32,000 bases of DNA from Cylindrospermopsis raciborskii Cr2010 (GTDB lineage: Bacteria; Cyanobacteriota; Cyanobacteriia; Cyanobacteriales; Nostocaceae), in the NCBI RefSeq assembly GCF_003367075.2, contig NZ_CP065936.1, positions 2,940,001 to 2,972,000 of the forward strand. Reading direction: 5' to 3'. The translations under genes were made by a program, and so were the position numbers. Numbering within the stretch: the first letter of the stretch is position 1; each line of letters begins with the position of its first letter. Below the pieces are notes generated by a model. It was not told where the DNA came from and made no database searches. It was given only the letters and a program-made list of their open reading frames with translations. Of this stretch, positions 21,743 to 31,083 are shown piece by piece.

Positions 21743-22915
21743 ATGAATTCTTTTATCCCCTATGGTCGTCAGAATATAACTAAAGCAGATATTGCTGCTG
21801 TAGTTAAGGTCTTAGAAAGTGACTGGCTTACTCAGGGACCTACGATCCCCATGTTTGAGGAGTATGTTGCTACTGTATGTGGTGCCAGCTATGGTGTGGC
21901 AGTTAATAGTGCCACTTCCGCATTACATATTGCCTGTTTGGCTTTGGGATTGGGGAAAGGAGATATTCTCTGGACATCTCCAAATACTTTTGTTGCTTCT
22001 GCCAATTGTGGCTTGTACTGTGGTGCGGAAGTGGATTTTGTAGATATTCATCCCCATAGCTACAATTTAAGTGTTGATGCGCTGGAACAAAAGCTCGTTC
22101 AAGCCGAGCGGCAAGGGAAATTGCCCAAGGTGGTTGTACCTGTTCATCTTGCTGGTCAGTCCTGCGATATGGAAAAGATTGGGGCTTTGTCCCGCAAGTA
22201 TGGTTTTAGGATTGTGGAGGATGCTTCCCATGCTATTGGTGCCAAATATCAAGGCAGTTCCGTAGGAAATTGTCAGTTTTCGGACATGACAGTGTTTAGT
22301 TTTCATCCTGTAAAAATTATTACCACCGGAGAGGGGGGGATGGTGGTGACAAATCAGCAGGACTTGTATGAAAAGCTGATTCGCTTGCGAACCCATGGTA
22401 TTACCCGCAATCCAGATCTGATGCAGGGTAAGTCCCATGGATTGTGGTACTACCAGCAGCTGGATTTGGGATTTAACTACCGCATGACGGACATTCAGGC
22501 GGCCTTGGGTTTGAGTCAAATGCAGCGTTTGGATGATTTTGTGTCACGACGTAGGTTTTTGGCAGCTCGCTACAATCAGTTGCTTCAAGACTTTCCTCTG
22601 GTTTTACCCTGGCAACATCCTGAGACTGAGTCCAGCTGGCATCTTTATGTTATCCGGTTAAAGTTGGATAGGATTGCTAAGACTCATACACAGGTTTTTG
22701 AGGAATTGCGGCGAGCTGGGATAGGTGTTAATTTACACTATATTCCTGTGCATACTCAACCCTATTATCAGGGTTTAGGGTTTAAGTGGGGGGATTTTCC
22801 CGAGGCTGAACAATACTATCAGGAGGCTATTAGTATTCCTTTGTACTATGATTTAACGGAGGAAAATCAAGAGCAGGTTGGGAGTGTTTTGAGGAAAATT
22901 TTGAGTGAAGGGTGA
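21743..22915 (+). CDS. pseC: UDP-4-amino-4,6-dideoxy-N-acetyl-beta-L-altrosamine transaminase, PseC
   Basis: DegT-family PLP aminotransferase. IPYGRQNI..D...V..VL.SDWLTQGP start and FSFHPVKIITTGEGG lysine motif. Confidence 0.85.
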   Translation: MNSFIPYGRQNITKADIAAVVKVLESDWLTQGPTIPMFEEYVATVCGASYGVAVNSATSALHIACLALGLGKGDILWTSPNTFVASANCGLYCGAEVDFVDIHPHSYNLSVDALEQKLVQAERQGKLPKVVVPVHLAGQSCDMEKIGALSRKYGFRIVEDASHAIGAKYQGSSVGNCQFSDMTVFSFHPVKIITTGEGGMVVTNQQDLYEKLIRLRTHGITRNPDLMQGKSHGLWYYQQLDLGFNYRMTDIQAALGLSQMQRLDDFVSRRRFLAARYNQLLQDFPLVLPWQHPETESSWHLYVIRLKLDRIAKTHTQVFEELRRAGIGVNLHYIPVHTQPYYQGLGFKWGDFPEAEQYYQEAISIPLYYDLTEENQEQVGSVLRKILSEG

Positions 22916-22935
22916 AGAAATAGGAAAGTTCGACC

Positions 22936-23709
22936 ATGAATATGCAAACCTTAGAACCTAATTTTCCTTTAATAAAAACTGTAATAATTGTTCAAGCCAG
23001 GATGACCTCTACCCGATTACCGGGAAAGATACTGAAGCAGGTGTTGGGTAAACCCTTGCTCCAATACCAAATTGAGAGGTTGCAAGGGGTCAAACTAGCT
23101 GATGAAATAGTCATCGCGACAACGACAAATAAAACTGATGCTCCTATTATTGACTTATGTGATCGCCTCTCAGTCGCTTACTTTCGAGGTTCTGAAGCTG
23201 ATGTTTTAGAAAGATATTATCAAGCTGCTGTGGCACATCAAGCAAAAGTGGTGGTTCGCGTGACTTCTGATTGCCCTCTAATTGATCCTCAAGTGGTTAA
23301 TAGGGTAATCGATTACTACCTAAAAAACCATTCACAATATGACTATGTGTCTAACAGCTTAGAACGCACTTACCCCAGAGGGATGGATACTGAAGTCTTT
23401 CCATTTTCAGTGCTACAAGAAGCTTTTGTAAGGGCTAGGTCACAACCAGACCGCGAGCATGTTACGTCTTTTATTTATAGGCAACCACTACTATATCGTT
23501 TGGGTCACGTTCTTTATTCCCAAGATTGTAGTCACCACCGATGGACCGTCGACACCGCCGAAGATTTTGAGTTGATTCAGAAAATCATTGAAGCAGTTTA
23601 TCCCAATCTACCTAATTTTACATTAGAAGATTGCTTGCGACTGCTGGGAGAACGACCAGAATGGTATCTTATTAATAGTCATATAGGACAGAAGAAGTAT
23701 GGAGAGTGA
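22936..23709 (+). CDS. Cytidylyltransferase-domain protein (SpsF/FlmC-like, acylneuraminate cytidylyltransferase superfamily)
   Basis: IIVQARMTSTRLPGKILK..GKPLL..IERL motif. Whether it is the CMP-Pse synthetase (PseF role) is not certain. Confidence 0.7.
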   Translation: MNMQTLEPNFPLIKTVIIVQARMTSTRLPGKILKQVLGKPLLQYQIERLQGVKLADEIVIATTTNKTDAPIIDLCDRLSVAYFRGSEADVLERYYQAAVAHQAKVVVRVTSDCPLIDPQVVNRVIDYYLKNHSQYDYVSNSLERTYPRGMDTEVFPFSVLQEAFVRARSQPDREHVTSFIYRQPLLYRLGHVLYSQDCSHHRWTVDTAEDFELIQKIIEAVYPNLPNFTLEDCLRLLGERPEWYLINSHIGQKKYGE

Positions 23710-23876
23710 ATCTTTTTGACCTTAACAGGTGGTAAAAGGATAGTCTCCAAATAATTTAAACGCTAGAAAGATCTTCTGAGGTGATTAGAATTTCTCGGAA
23801 TTAGGCGAAAAAATTGTTGATTGAGAATATACATAATTTGTTATTGCAGATTGGAAATGACCCTTGGAGTATAAAC

Positions 23877-24494
23877 ATGAACTATAAAACACAGCAAGAA
23901 CAATTTTGGGCAGGTGATTTTGGTACAGACTATATTCAGCGTAATCAAAGCGAACAATTGCTTGCATCTAACTTAGCCTTTTTCTCAAGAACGCTCTACG
24001 CCGCTAAGGGTATAAGAAACTGTATAGAGTTTGGCGCTAACATTGGCATGAATCTAAAGGCTCTCAAATTGCTTTACCCTGGCATTGATTTGCACGGAAT
24101 TGAGATTAATCAACAGGCCGCCAGAGAACTAACCAATGTCATTCCTGCAGAGCATGTATATTCAGAATCAATACTTGAATTTTGTCAACCGCGTCACTGG
24201 GATCTTGTTCTTATCAAAGGGGTTCTTATTCATATCAATCCGGAATACTTACCCGTTGTCTATACTAAATTAAATAATGCCACTAGTAGATACTTATTAA
24301 TTGCAGAGTATTACAATCCCTCGCCAGTTGCCATTCCCTATAGAGGTCACTTAGATCGCTTGTTTAAGCGAGATTTTGCTGGTGAAATCTTAGATCGCTA
24401 CCCCGAATTCAGTCTAGTTGACTATGGCTTTTTTTATCGTCGCGATCCTAACTTTCCTCAAGACGATATTACTTGGTTCCTACTTGAGAAGTAG
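23877..24494 (+). CDS. Pseudaminic acid biosynthesis-associated methylase (class I SAM MTase)
   Basis: MNYKTQQEQFWAGDFGTDYIQRN...IEFGANIGMNL..IEIN matches the Pse-associated methylase family pattern. ATG 23877 is preferred over TTG 23814. Confidence 0.7.
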   Translation: MNYKTQQEQFWAGDFGTDYIQRNQSEQLLASNLAFFSRTLYAAKGIRNCIEFGANIGMNLKALKLLYPGIDLHGIEINQQAARELTNVIPAEHVYSESILEFCQPRHWDLVLIKGVLIHINPEYLPVVYTKLNNATSRYLLIAEYYNPSPVAIPYRGHLDRLFKRDFAGEILDRYPEFSLVDYGFFYRRDPNFPQDDITWFLLEK

Positions 24495-24539
24495 AAATAC
24501 TGACCATAAAACACATTATAACAAACAGGAGACAATCTT

Positions 24540-25691
24540 ATGCTCACCTACTGTAAACGTTGCGTGATGCCATCTACCAAGCCAGATTTATTTCTGGATG
24601 AGGAAGGTGTGTGTAACGCTTGCCGCAGCTATGAACGACGCAGGGAAGTGGACTGGGATGCCCGGTATAAAGAGCTAATTTTGTTACTGGACAAGTATCG
24701 TTCTAGAGATGGTACTAACTGGGATTGTATCGTTCCGGTCAGCGGTGGTAAGGATAGCACCTATCAGGTTGTGAGAATGCTACAACTTGGTTTAAATCCA
24801 CTTTGTGTAACTTCAACAACTTGTGATCTATCCCCTATAGGTAGGCGAAACATTGAAAATCTCAAGCAATTAGGAGTAGATTATATTGAGGTTACACCAA
24901 ATCCTTTGGTGAGGTCTAAACTCAATCGTATAGGACTGACTCAAGTAGGAGACATATCCTGGCCGGAACATGTGGGTATTTTTACTATACCGGTGCGCGC
25001 TGCTGTCCAATTTAATGTTAGTTTGATTATATGGGGTGAAAACTCACAAAACGAGTATGGTGGTCCTGCTGCTGCGTCAGAAAACAATGTACTTACACGG
25101 AGATGGCTAGAGGAGTTTGGCGGTTTATTAGGGATGCGTGTATCGGATCTGATTGGACAAGACGGAATTGAAGCAAAGCATTTGATTCACTACACCTATC
25201 CAAGTGATGACGAGCTGGCGCGGGTCGGTGTGACGGGGCTTTTCCTTGGTCATTATCTACCTTGGGATGGTTTATCTAATGGGCTGATTGCCATAGCTAA
25301 TGGTTTTACAACTTACTCTAAATCCGTTGAAGGATCGATGGTTAATTATGAGAATTTGGACAATCACCAGACCGGTATTCACGACTATTTCAAGTTTTTA
25401 AAGTTTGGCTTCGGACGCGCTACGGATCTGGCCTGTTTACATATTCGAAGAGAACGTCTAACTCGCCAGGATGGCTTAGACATAGTGAAACGTCTTGATG
25501 GTCAATTTCCCTGGGAATATTTGGGTAAGTCCCTTGAGGACATATTACGTCCTTTGGGTATGACGGTTCCAGAATTTACTACTGTGTGCGATAGATTTAC
25601 GAACAAGAAAATATTCAAACGAGATGTTTCAGGATCTCTGATTAAGGATAATGATGGAAACTTAACCAAGGTTAATTACGACAACTTATGA
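24540..25691 (+). CDS. N-acetyl sugar amidotransferase (PP-loop ATPase, WbuX/PseA-like)
   Basis: N-terminal CxRC..C..C zinc ribbon and the VSGGKDS PP-loop. Sits next to HisH/HisF paralogs, the usual acetamidino-forming trio. Confidence 0.8.
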   Translation: MLTYCKRCVMPSTKPDLFLDEEGVCNACRSYERRREVDWDARYKELILLLDKYRSRDGTNWDCIVPVSGGKDSTYQVVRMLQLGLNPLCVTSTTCDLSPIGRRNIENLKQLGVDYIEVTPNPLVRSKLNRIGLTQVGDISWPEHVGIFTIPVRAAVQFNVSLIIWGENSQNEYGGPAAASENNVLTRRWLEEFGGLLGMRVSDLIGQDGIEAKHLIHYTYPSDDELARVGVTGLFLGHYLPWDGLSNGLIAIANGFTTYSKSVEGSMVNYENLDNHQTGIHDYFKFLKFGFGRATDLACLHIRRERLTRQDGLDIVKRLDGQFPWEYLGKSLEDILRPLGMTVPEFTTVCDRFTNKKIFKRDVSGSLIKDNDGNLTKVNYDNL

Positions 25692-25751
25692 GACTTTATA
25701 AGCACTTTTCAGCAACGCCAACAAATCTTAGTAATGCTTGGGAAAAACAAA

Positions 25752-26664
25752 ATGCCAAAACTAAAGGTTGTGAGAATCGAACCTGCAAGCAAGTGTAATC
25801 TTGCATGTAGTCATTGCCCAACTGGGACTGTTGAAATGACTCGTGACATCATGAGTGATATAATTTTTGAGAAGGTTTTAGAAAATTTGTCGAAGTATGT
25901 CGAAGTATAAAGATGAAGTTGAAGTTGTAGTTCTATATCATGGTGGCGAACCTCTTTTAAACAAATCAATTTGCCAAATGATTACTGCTATTAAGTCTAT
26001 AAAACCCTTCTTTATAAAAATGGTTTCCAATGCAATGCTTTTGAGTCAAAGCAAGTGTGAATCCTTACTATCTACTCCTCTAGACGTCATTGAGTTTAGC
26101 CTTGATGGTTTAAATAAAAGTGAAAATCAACAGATACGTGTAAACTCTTCATCTTCACGAGTAATAAACAACATCACTCACTTTTTAACTAAAAAGGAAG
26201 AATTAAGACATCCAATCAGAGTGGCAATTTCCACAACACAATTTTTAGATTCAGAGAAATTCAAGAGAAATTCAGAGATTCAACCAGAAGTTCCAACATG
26301 GTTAAAAGAAATCTTTGAGGATAAAGTGGATGAATTTAAGCCCACATATGCAATGGTCTGGCCACATATGAATGTATCTGAAGAATACACGGTTTGGGAA
26401 GTTGATGGGACAGATTCAGTTGAATGTGATCATATTGAACACACTCTGACTATTCGTGCAGACGGTACAATAGTTCCCTGCTGTTATGATCTGACATCAA
26501 AACTGCCTATGGGAAATATTCTCACTGACGACATAAAAGAATTATTTACGGGTAGTAAATATCAGTATTTAAGAGAACTGATTATGAACAAGAATTATCC
26601 TGATCTATGTGCTAATTGTAATGTAGTGCGTCCCAGAAAGTATTTAGTTCCAAGGTGGCGATGA
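25752..26664 (+). pseudogene. Radical SAM (SPASM/twitch-type) enzyme, frameshifted by a 10-bp tandem duplication
   Basis: 5' ORF 25752-25910 carries CNLACSHC (CX3CX2C). The 3' ORF 25897-26664 carries GGEPLL and C-terminal Cys clusters. gtcgaagtat is duplicated at 25889-25908, and removing one copy gives a continuous 300-codon ORF. Confidence 0.8.
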
Positions 26665-26707
26665 CGTTCCCTCGAACAAGCAGATTGTTTTTTTCGGGTG
26701 ACAATTT

Positions 26708-27349
26708 ATGAAGGTAGGAATTATTGACTACGGTGTTGGTAATCTGGGGTCTATTGCAACGGCCGTTGAACAGCTAAGGTCTAAACCTGTTCTAATTGAC
26801 CGTGCCATTGATCTCCATGCAGTTGATGCACTTATTTTACCTGGCGTTGGTAACTTCACTGACTGCATGCAAGTTTTGGTAAAAGGAGGTTGGGTAGATG
26901 CAATTAAAGAAGAAGTCACTAGCTATCACCGACCCTTATTAGGAATTTGCCTTGGCATGCAACTCCTGGCCAATGTTGGTTTGGAGGGTGCATTAGATTC
27001 GACCACTGGGACTGAAGGCTTGGGGTTGATCCCTGGACGAGTGGTGAGTCTTAAATCTCAAGGCTGTTCTTTGCGAGTTCCTCATGTGGGCTGGAACAAC
27101 ATTACTAAGCTAGACTCGAAACTATGTCTTTTAAATGGCATTAGTGATGGTACAGACTTTTACTTTGTACACAGCTACGTGTTTATGCCAGACGAACAAA
27201 GTACTGTGCTGGCGAGGGCTGAATATGATATTTCATTTACGGCAGCAATAGGACTCGGAAGGGTCTGGGGTACACAATTCCACCCAGAGAAAAGTTCTCG
27301 GGCTGGGATACAACTTCTACGTAATTTTCTTGATGGTCAGCCATGCTAA
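26708..27349 (+). CDS. hisH: Imidazole glycerol phosphate synthase HisH-like glutamine amidotransferase (sugar-cluster paralog)
   Basis: IIDYGVGNLGS, GICLGMQLL (Cys nucleophile), and the FHPEKS motif. Confidence 0.85.
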   Translation: MKVGIIDYGVGNLGSIATAVEQLRSKPVLIDRAIDLHAVDALILPGVGNFTDCMQVLVKGGWVDAIKEEVTSYHRPLLGICLGMQLLANVGLEGALDSTTGTEGLGLIPGRVVSLKSQGCSLRVPHVGWNNITKLDSKLCLLNGISDGTDFYFVHSYVFMPDEQSTVLARAEYDISFTAAIGLGRVWGTQFHPEKSSRAGIQLLRNFLDGQPC

Positions 27350-28116
27350 AAGTGCGGGTAATACCAACCCTGTTGTGGAAACAGTTTGGACTGGTCAAGG
27401 GAACTCGATTTAATAGTTGGCGAAGAGTAGGTTCAGTTTTACCCGCAATTAAAGTGTACAACCAGCGTGATGTTGACGAGTTGATATTGGTGGATATTAC
27501 AGCCAATACTACGGGTGAATCTCCCGATTTTGAATCCATTGCTGACTTTAGTCAGGAATGCTTTGTGCCTTTTGCAGTCGGTGGTGGAGTCACTAATATT
27601 GATCATGTTCAAAATCTACTTCGATCAGGTGCTGACAAGATTGTAGTTAACACAGCAGCTTACAGTTCACCATCCTTAATAACTGATATAGCACGTCGTT
27701 ATGGGACACAGTGTGTTGTGTCAAGCATTGATGTAAAGCGTAAATCTAGGAGTGATTGGATTTGCTTTAGCCATTCTGGTTCTAAGGATACGGGACGAGA
27801 AGTCGTTTCTTGGGCACGAGAACTTGAGGATCGCGGTGCTGGTGAAATACTGATCACATCGATTGATAATGACGGTATGATGCAGGGGTACGACCTTAGT
27901 TTAATTGAGACTGTAAGCCAATCAGTAAAAATACCCGTTATTGCTTCTGGTGGTGCTGGTAACTATAATCATATGATTCAGGCAATAAAACAATCAGGTG
28001 CTTCTGCTGTTGCTGCTGCAAGCATGTTCCATTTCACAGAACAGACTCCAGCAGGTGCGAAAGAGGCCATGAAAAAGGCAGGTATACCAGTTCGTCTAAA
28101 CTTTGCTACAACATAA
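27343..28116 (+). CDS. hisF: HisF-like cyclase subunit (AglZ/HisF2-type acetamidino modification protein)
   Basis: RVIPTLL..G..VK...F...R.VG (beta/alpha)8 HisF pattern. Overlaps the hisH stop by 7 nt. Confidence 0.8.
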   Translation: MLKVRVIPTLLWKQFGLVKGTRFNSWRRVGSVLPAIKVYNQRDVDELILVDITANTTGESPDFESIADFSQECFVPFAVGGGVTNIDHVQNLLRSGADKIVVNTAAYSSPSLITDIARRYGTQCVVSSIDVKRKSRSDWICFSHSGSKDTGREVVSWARELEDRGAGEILITSIDNDGMMQGYDLSLIETVSQSVKIPVIASGGAGNYNHMIQAIKQSGASAVAAASMFHFTEQTPAGAKEAMKKAGIPVRLNFATT

Positions 28117-28118
28117 TA

Positions 28119-29128
28119 GAGCTGTTGGGAAATAAAAGCATATTTCCGGATGACAGAACTTCCCCCATCCCGATTGAATTTATGCTGCATCTAAATAGAA
28201 GTTCCATAGCCCTGCACTGACCAACATCAATTGATCATCAAAATCGGTCACACGATTCCTATATACAGAATGTACACAGTTATATCTCTTAATTCCAGAG
28301 TGAGCGTGCTCACACACAACTCGCTGACGACTGAGTTCTCGATTCTCCTCCTTTTGCTGCTGTGTTAACTCCTTACCTTTCGGTTTCTTGTGTGGTAAAT
28401 GGACATTGACAAATTCTTTCTCCAACCCATGAAAACCCAAATCTCCCTCTATTGCTACTTCATCAGGAATGTATTGCACTATCTCTGATTCATGGAGTAG
28501 CCGTTTGTCATGCACTTTACCTGCTCTGGTTTTCGTCCGAATAATCACTCGTTTCTCCCTTGTGCTGACTGTAATCTGCTTGCATGTATGCCGCTTTTTC
28601 TTGCCAGAGTAATACTCTTTTTGGCGTTCTCGGTTTTGAGGACGCTGGACTGGACGCTCCGTACCATCCACAATCACCTCCTTCACATCTGGAAACCTTT
28701 TGGTGAATTCCTGCTCCTGAGTTTGCGTGCTGGCAAAACTTGCTTTTCTCCTAAAGTGGTTTCTAGCACAGACAGTAGTCGATGTACCCAATCATGAGCA
28801 CAGGAGCGGTCAAAGTTGAACAACACACTCAGCAAGTCAAACGTCGGATAACATTTGCAGTACAGCAGGATATAAAATAGTTTTTCCTCTATACTTCTGA
28901 GTGTAGGCTTGCGTCCGCCCCCGGGCGCACGTTTGCGGTTTGCTAAGGAGTTGAACACGGTGCGTTCATAGGTATCAGCAAACTGAGATAACAGCTCGTT
29001 GAATGCTTGGCGGTTAAGTCCAGTCATTGCTCGTAGCAGTCGCTCTTGATTCAGGACGCGGTCTAACTTCAACATTAATGTCACCCTACTTGTCTGCTTG
29101 ATTATTATCCCTTATTTTCCAACAACTC
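28119..29128 (-). mobile_element. IS5-family (DDE_Tnp_4 type) insertion sequence
   Basis: Imperfect terminal inverted repeats gagctgttgggaaataa (28119-28135) and ttattttccaacaactc (29112-29128). TA flanks both ends. Inserted 2 nt after the hisF-like stop codon. Confidence 0.8.
28180..29084 (-). pseudogene. IS5-family transposase in two overlapping frames (28683-29084 and 28180-28791)
   Basis: The N-terminal HTH part has LLYCKCYPTFDLLSVLF. The DDE part has VIVDGTERPVQRP, IEGDLGFHG and VVCEHAHSGIKRY. The frame change lies near LPARK/QEQEF with no obvious slippery heptamer. Confidence 0.7.
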
Positions 29129-29430
29129 TATTAAACTCAACCTACGGTATAATACAGTATAGTGTTGATAACGACCATAGAAATTTTGTAGAGACCATAC
29201 ATACAAAGTCTACACAAGAGTTCTAAATAGACATCTCCGGAAATAGCCAAAGCGTTACCAATACTACTTTTTAAGGTGAGACACCCCAATACAAAAGTAG
29301 CTAACTGGTATGCTAAAATAAGCGTTAGAGATGCCTCTTGTTGGGAATTAACCAAAAGATAACACCTATGTGAGATAATTTATTTTTAGCCAAGTCCAAA
29401 TCTTGATAACTAAAATAAGTAGGTTCCCAT

Positions 29431-29601
29431 ATGGATGTCCAAATTTGGATAAATCTCGCACTTCAACATCCAAAAATTCAACTGTTAGCTTTAACACCAG
29501 AAATTGCGGTGCTGTCAACTAGATTACCAGGGAATTTTCATGGTGATCCAGCAGATCGATTGATTGTAGCCAGTAGTTTAGTTCACCAAAAGTTTCCTTG
29601 A
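29431..29601 (+). pseudogene. PIN-domain (VapC-like) toxin C-terminal fragment
   Basis: HPKIQLLALTPEIAVLSTRLPGNFHGDPADRLIVASSL resembles the C-terminal third of VapC toxins. No N-terminal part or antitoxin was seen. Confidence 0.45.
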
Positions 29602-29624
29602 AGTAGACATATCATACATAAAAA

Positions 29625-29664
29625 GCGATCGCACTCTCCCTAGTCCGGAGCATCAGGCCTCCTT
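29625..29664 (+). repeat. 40-nt repeat gcgatcgcactctccctagtccggagcatcaggcctcctt (second copy at 8827-8866)
   Basis: Exact duplicate. The reverse complement reads AAGGAGGcctgATGctccgg, i.e. SD + ATG of a lost minus-strand gene. Confidence 0.8.
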
Positions 29665-29731
29665 AGAACCCCAAGAATTAAATCAGCTGGTACGACAAAT
29701 TCGAGATTTACCCAAACTATTTTGCGCTGTT

Positions 29732-29900
29732 CTGAGTGTGGCGATTTTATTCTACTGAATGAGCTACAACTGCGCCATGATGCTAAGATGCCCCGACGAA
29801 TGCGAGCTTATGCTGCTCTAGTAGAGGAAAAGTATGGGCTACTAGTCTATCCAGTGGTCGTCAATATTCTTCAACCTGGGCCGACGGAGATAATTCGCAA
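29732..29900 (+). pseudogene. B-gene internal fragment (catalytic-core codons ECGDFILLNELQ...PTEIIR) fused in frame to the aminotransferase
   Basis: Matches B1 4056-4210. Ends at ataattcgca. Confidence 0.85.
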
Positions 29901-31080
29901 GGGTTGTCATGTTTGGGATCTGGACGGCCGAGAATACATTGATATGTCCATCATGGGCATTGGGACTAATATACTGGGTTATGGACACCCAGAAATAGAT
30001 GAAGTGGTACATAATACCGTTAGCCTGGGGAATATGTCTACACTGAACTGCCCTGAAGAAGTATATTTAGCAGAGCGTTTGGTAGAATTACATCCTTGGG
30101 CTGATATGGTGAGATTCGCCAGGACCGGGGGTGAAGCCAATGCCATTGCTATTCGGATTGCCCGTGCTGCTTCAGGAAGGGATAAAGTTGCTATTTGTGG
30201 TTATCATGGCTGGCATGATTGGTACTTAGCTGCTAACTTGGGAGATGAGCAAAACTTAGCGGGTCATCTTTTACCAGGTTTAGAACCCAATGGAGTCCCC
30301 CAGGATCTGCGGAATACAATTTACCCTTTTAACTACAATCACTTTGATGAGTTAGAAGCTCTGGTGAGAAATAATGATATCGGTGTCATCAAAATGGAGG
30401 TTTCTCGCAGTGAGGGTCCCCAAGCTGGTTTTTTGGAAAAGGTGAGACAACTGGCCACCGATAAAGGAATCGTTTTGATCTTTGACGAATGTACTTCTGG
30501 ATTTCGCCAAACTTTTGGTGGACTTCACAAGCTGTATGGTGTGGAGCCAGATATGGCGATGTTTGGTAAAGCCCTAGGCAATGGTTATGCCATTACGGCT
30601 ACAATCGGAAGGCGTGAGGTCATGGAAGCGGCTCAAACCACATTTATCAGTAGTACCTTCTGGACAGAACGCATTGGACCCACAGCTGGTCTAAAAACTC
30701 TAGAAGTTATGGAACGGATCCAATCCTGGGAACAAATTACTCAGACAGGCAAAAAGATTGGTGAAAGGTGGAAAAAATTAGCTGATAAGTATGGTTTAAA
30801 TCTAAAAGTTTCAGGCTTACCCGCATTAATTGGGTTTAGTTTCCCTGGTTCGAGAATGTTGGAATACAAAACACTGATTACACAAGAAATGTTAGCCCAG
30901 GGTTATTTAGCAGCTAATAGTGTTTATGTCTGCACAGAACATACTCAACAAGTATTAGATGGTTATTTTGATGCCCTTGATCCTGTATTTAGTTTAATTG
31001 CAGAATGTGAAGCAGGTCGAGACCTAACAACATTGCTCAAAAGTCCAGTTTGTCACAGTGGCTTCAAGCGCCTAAATTAG
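29899..31080 (+). CDS. Class III PLP aminotransferase (glutamate-1-semialdehyde aminomutase-like), 5'-truncated and fused to the B fragment
   Basis: G.HVWDLDGREYIDM..GTNILGY, FARTGGEAN, FDECTSGFR and MAMFGKALGNGY (Lys) motifs. About 30 N-terminal residues appear to be missing. The ORF-track entry 29722-31080 is the chimera. Confidence 0.75.
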   Translation, partial: KGCHVWDLDGREYIDMSIMGIGTNILGYGHPEIDEVVHNTVSLGNMSTLNCPEEVYLAERLVELHPWADMVRFARTGGEANAIAIRIARAASGRDKVAICGYHGWHDWYLAANLGDEQNLAGHLLPGLEPNGVPQDLRNTIYPFNYNHFDELEALVRNNDIGVIKMEVSRSEGPQAGFLEKVRQLATDKGIVLIFDECTSGFRQTFGGLHKLYGVEPDMAMFGKALGNGYAITATIGRREVMEAAQTTFISSTFWTERIGPTAGLKTLEVMERIQSWEQITQTGKKIGERWKKLADKYGLNLKVSGLPALIGFSFPGSRMLEYKTLITQEMLAQGYLAANSVYVCTEHTQQVLDGYFDALDPVFSLIAECEAGRDLTTLLKSPVCHSGFKRLN

Positions 31081-31083
31081 AAA

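Noticed and set aside
29137-29355. 72-aa hydrophobic minus-strand ORF
   Set aside because: It has no RBS or recognisable motif and lies in junk DNA between the IS5 element and the PIN fragment. It cannot be supported from sequence alone.
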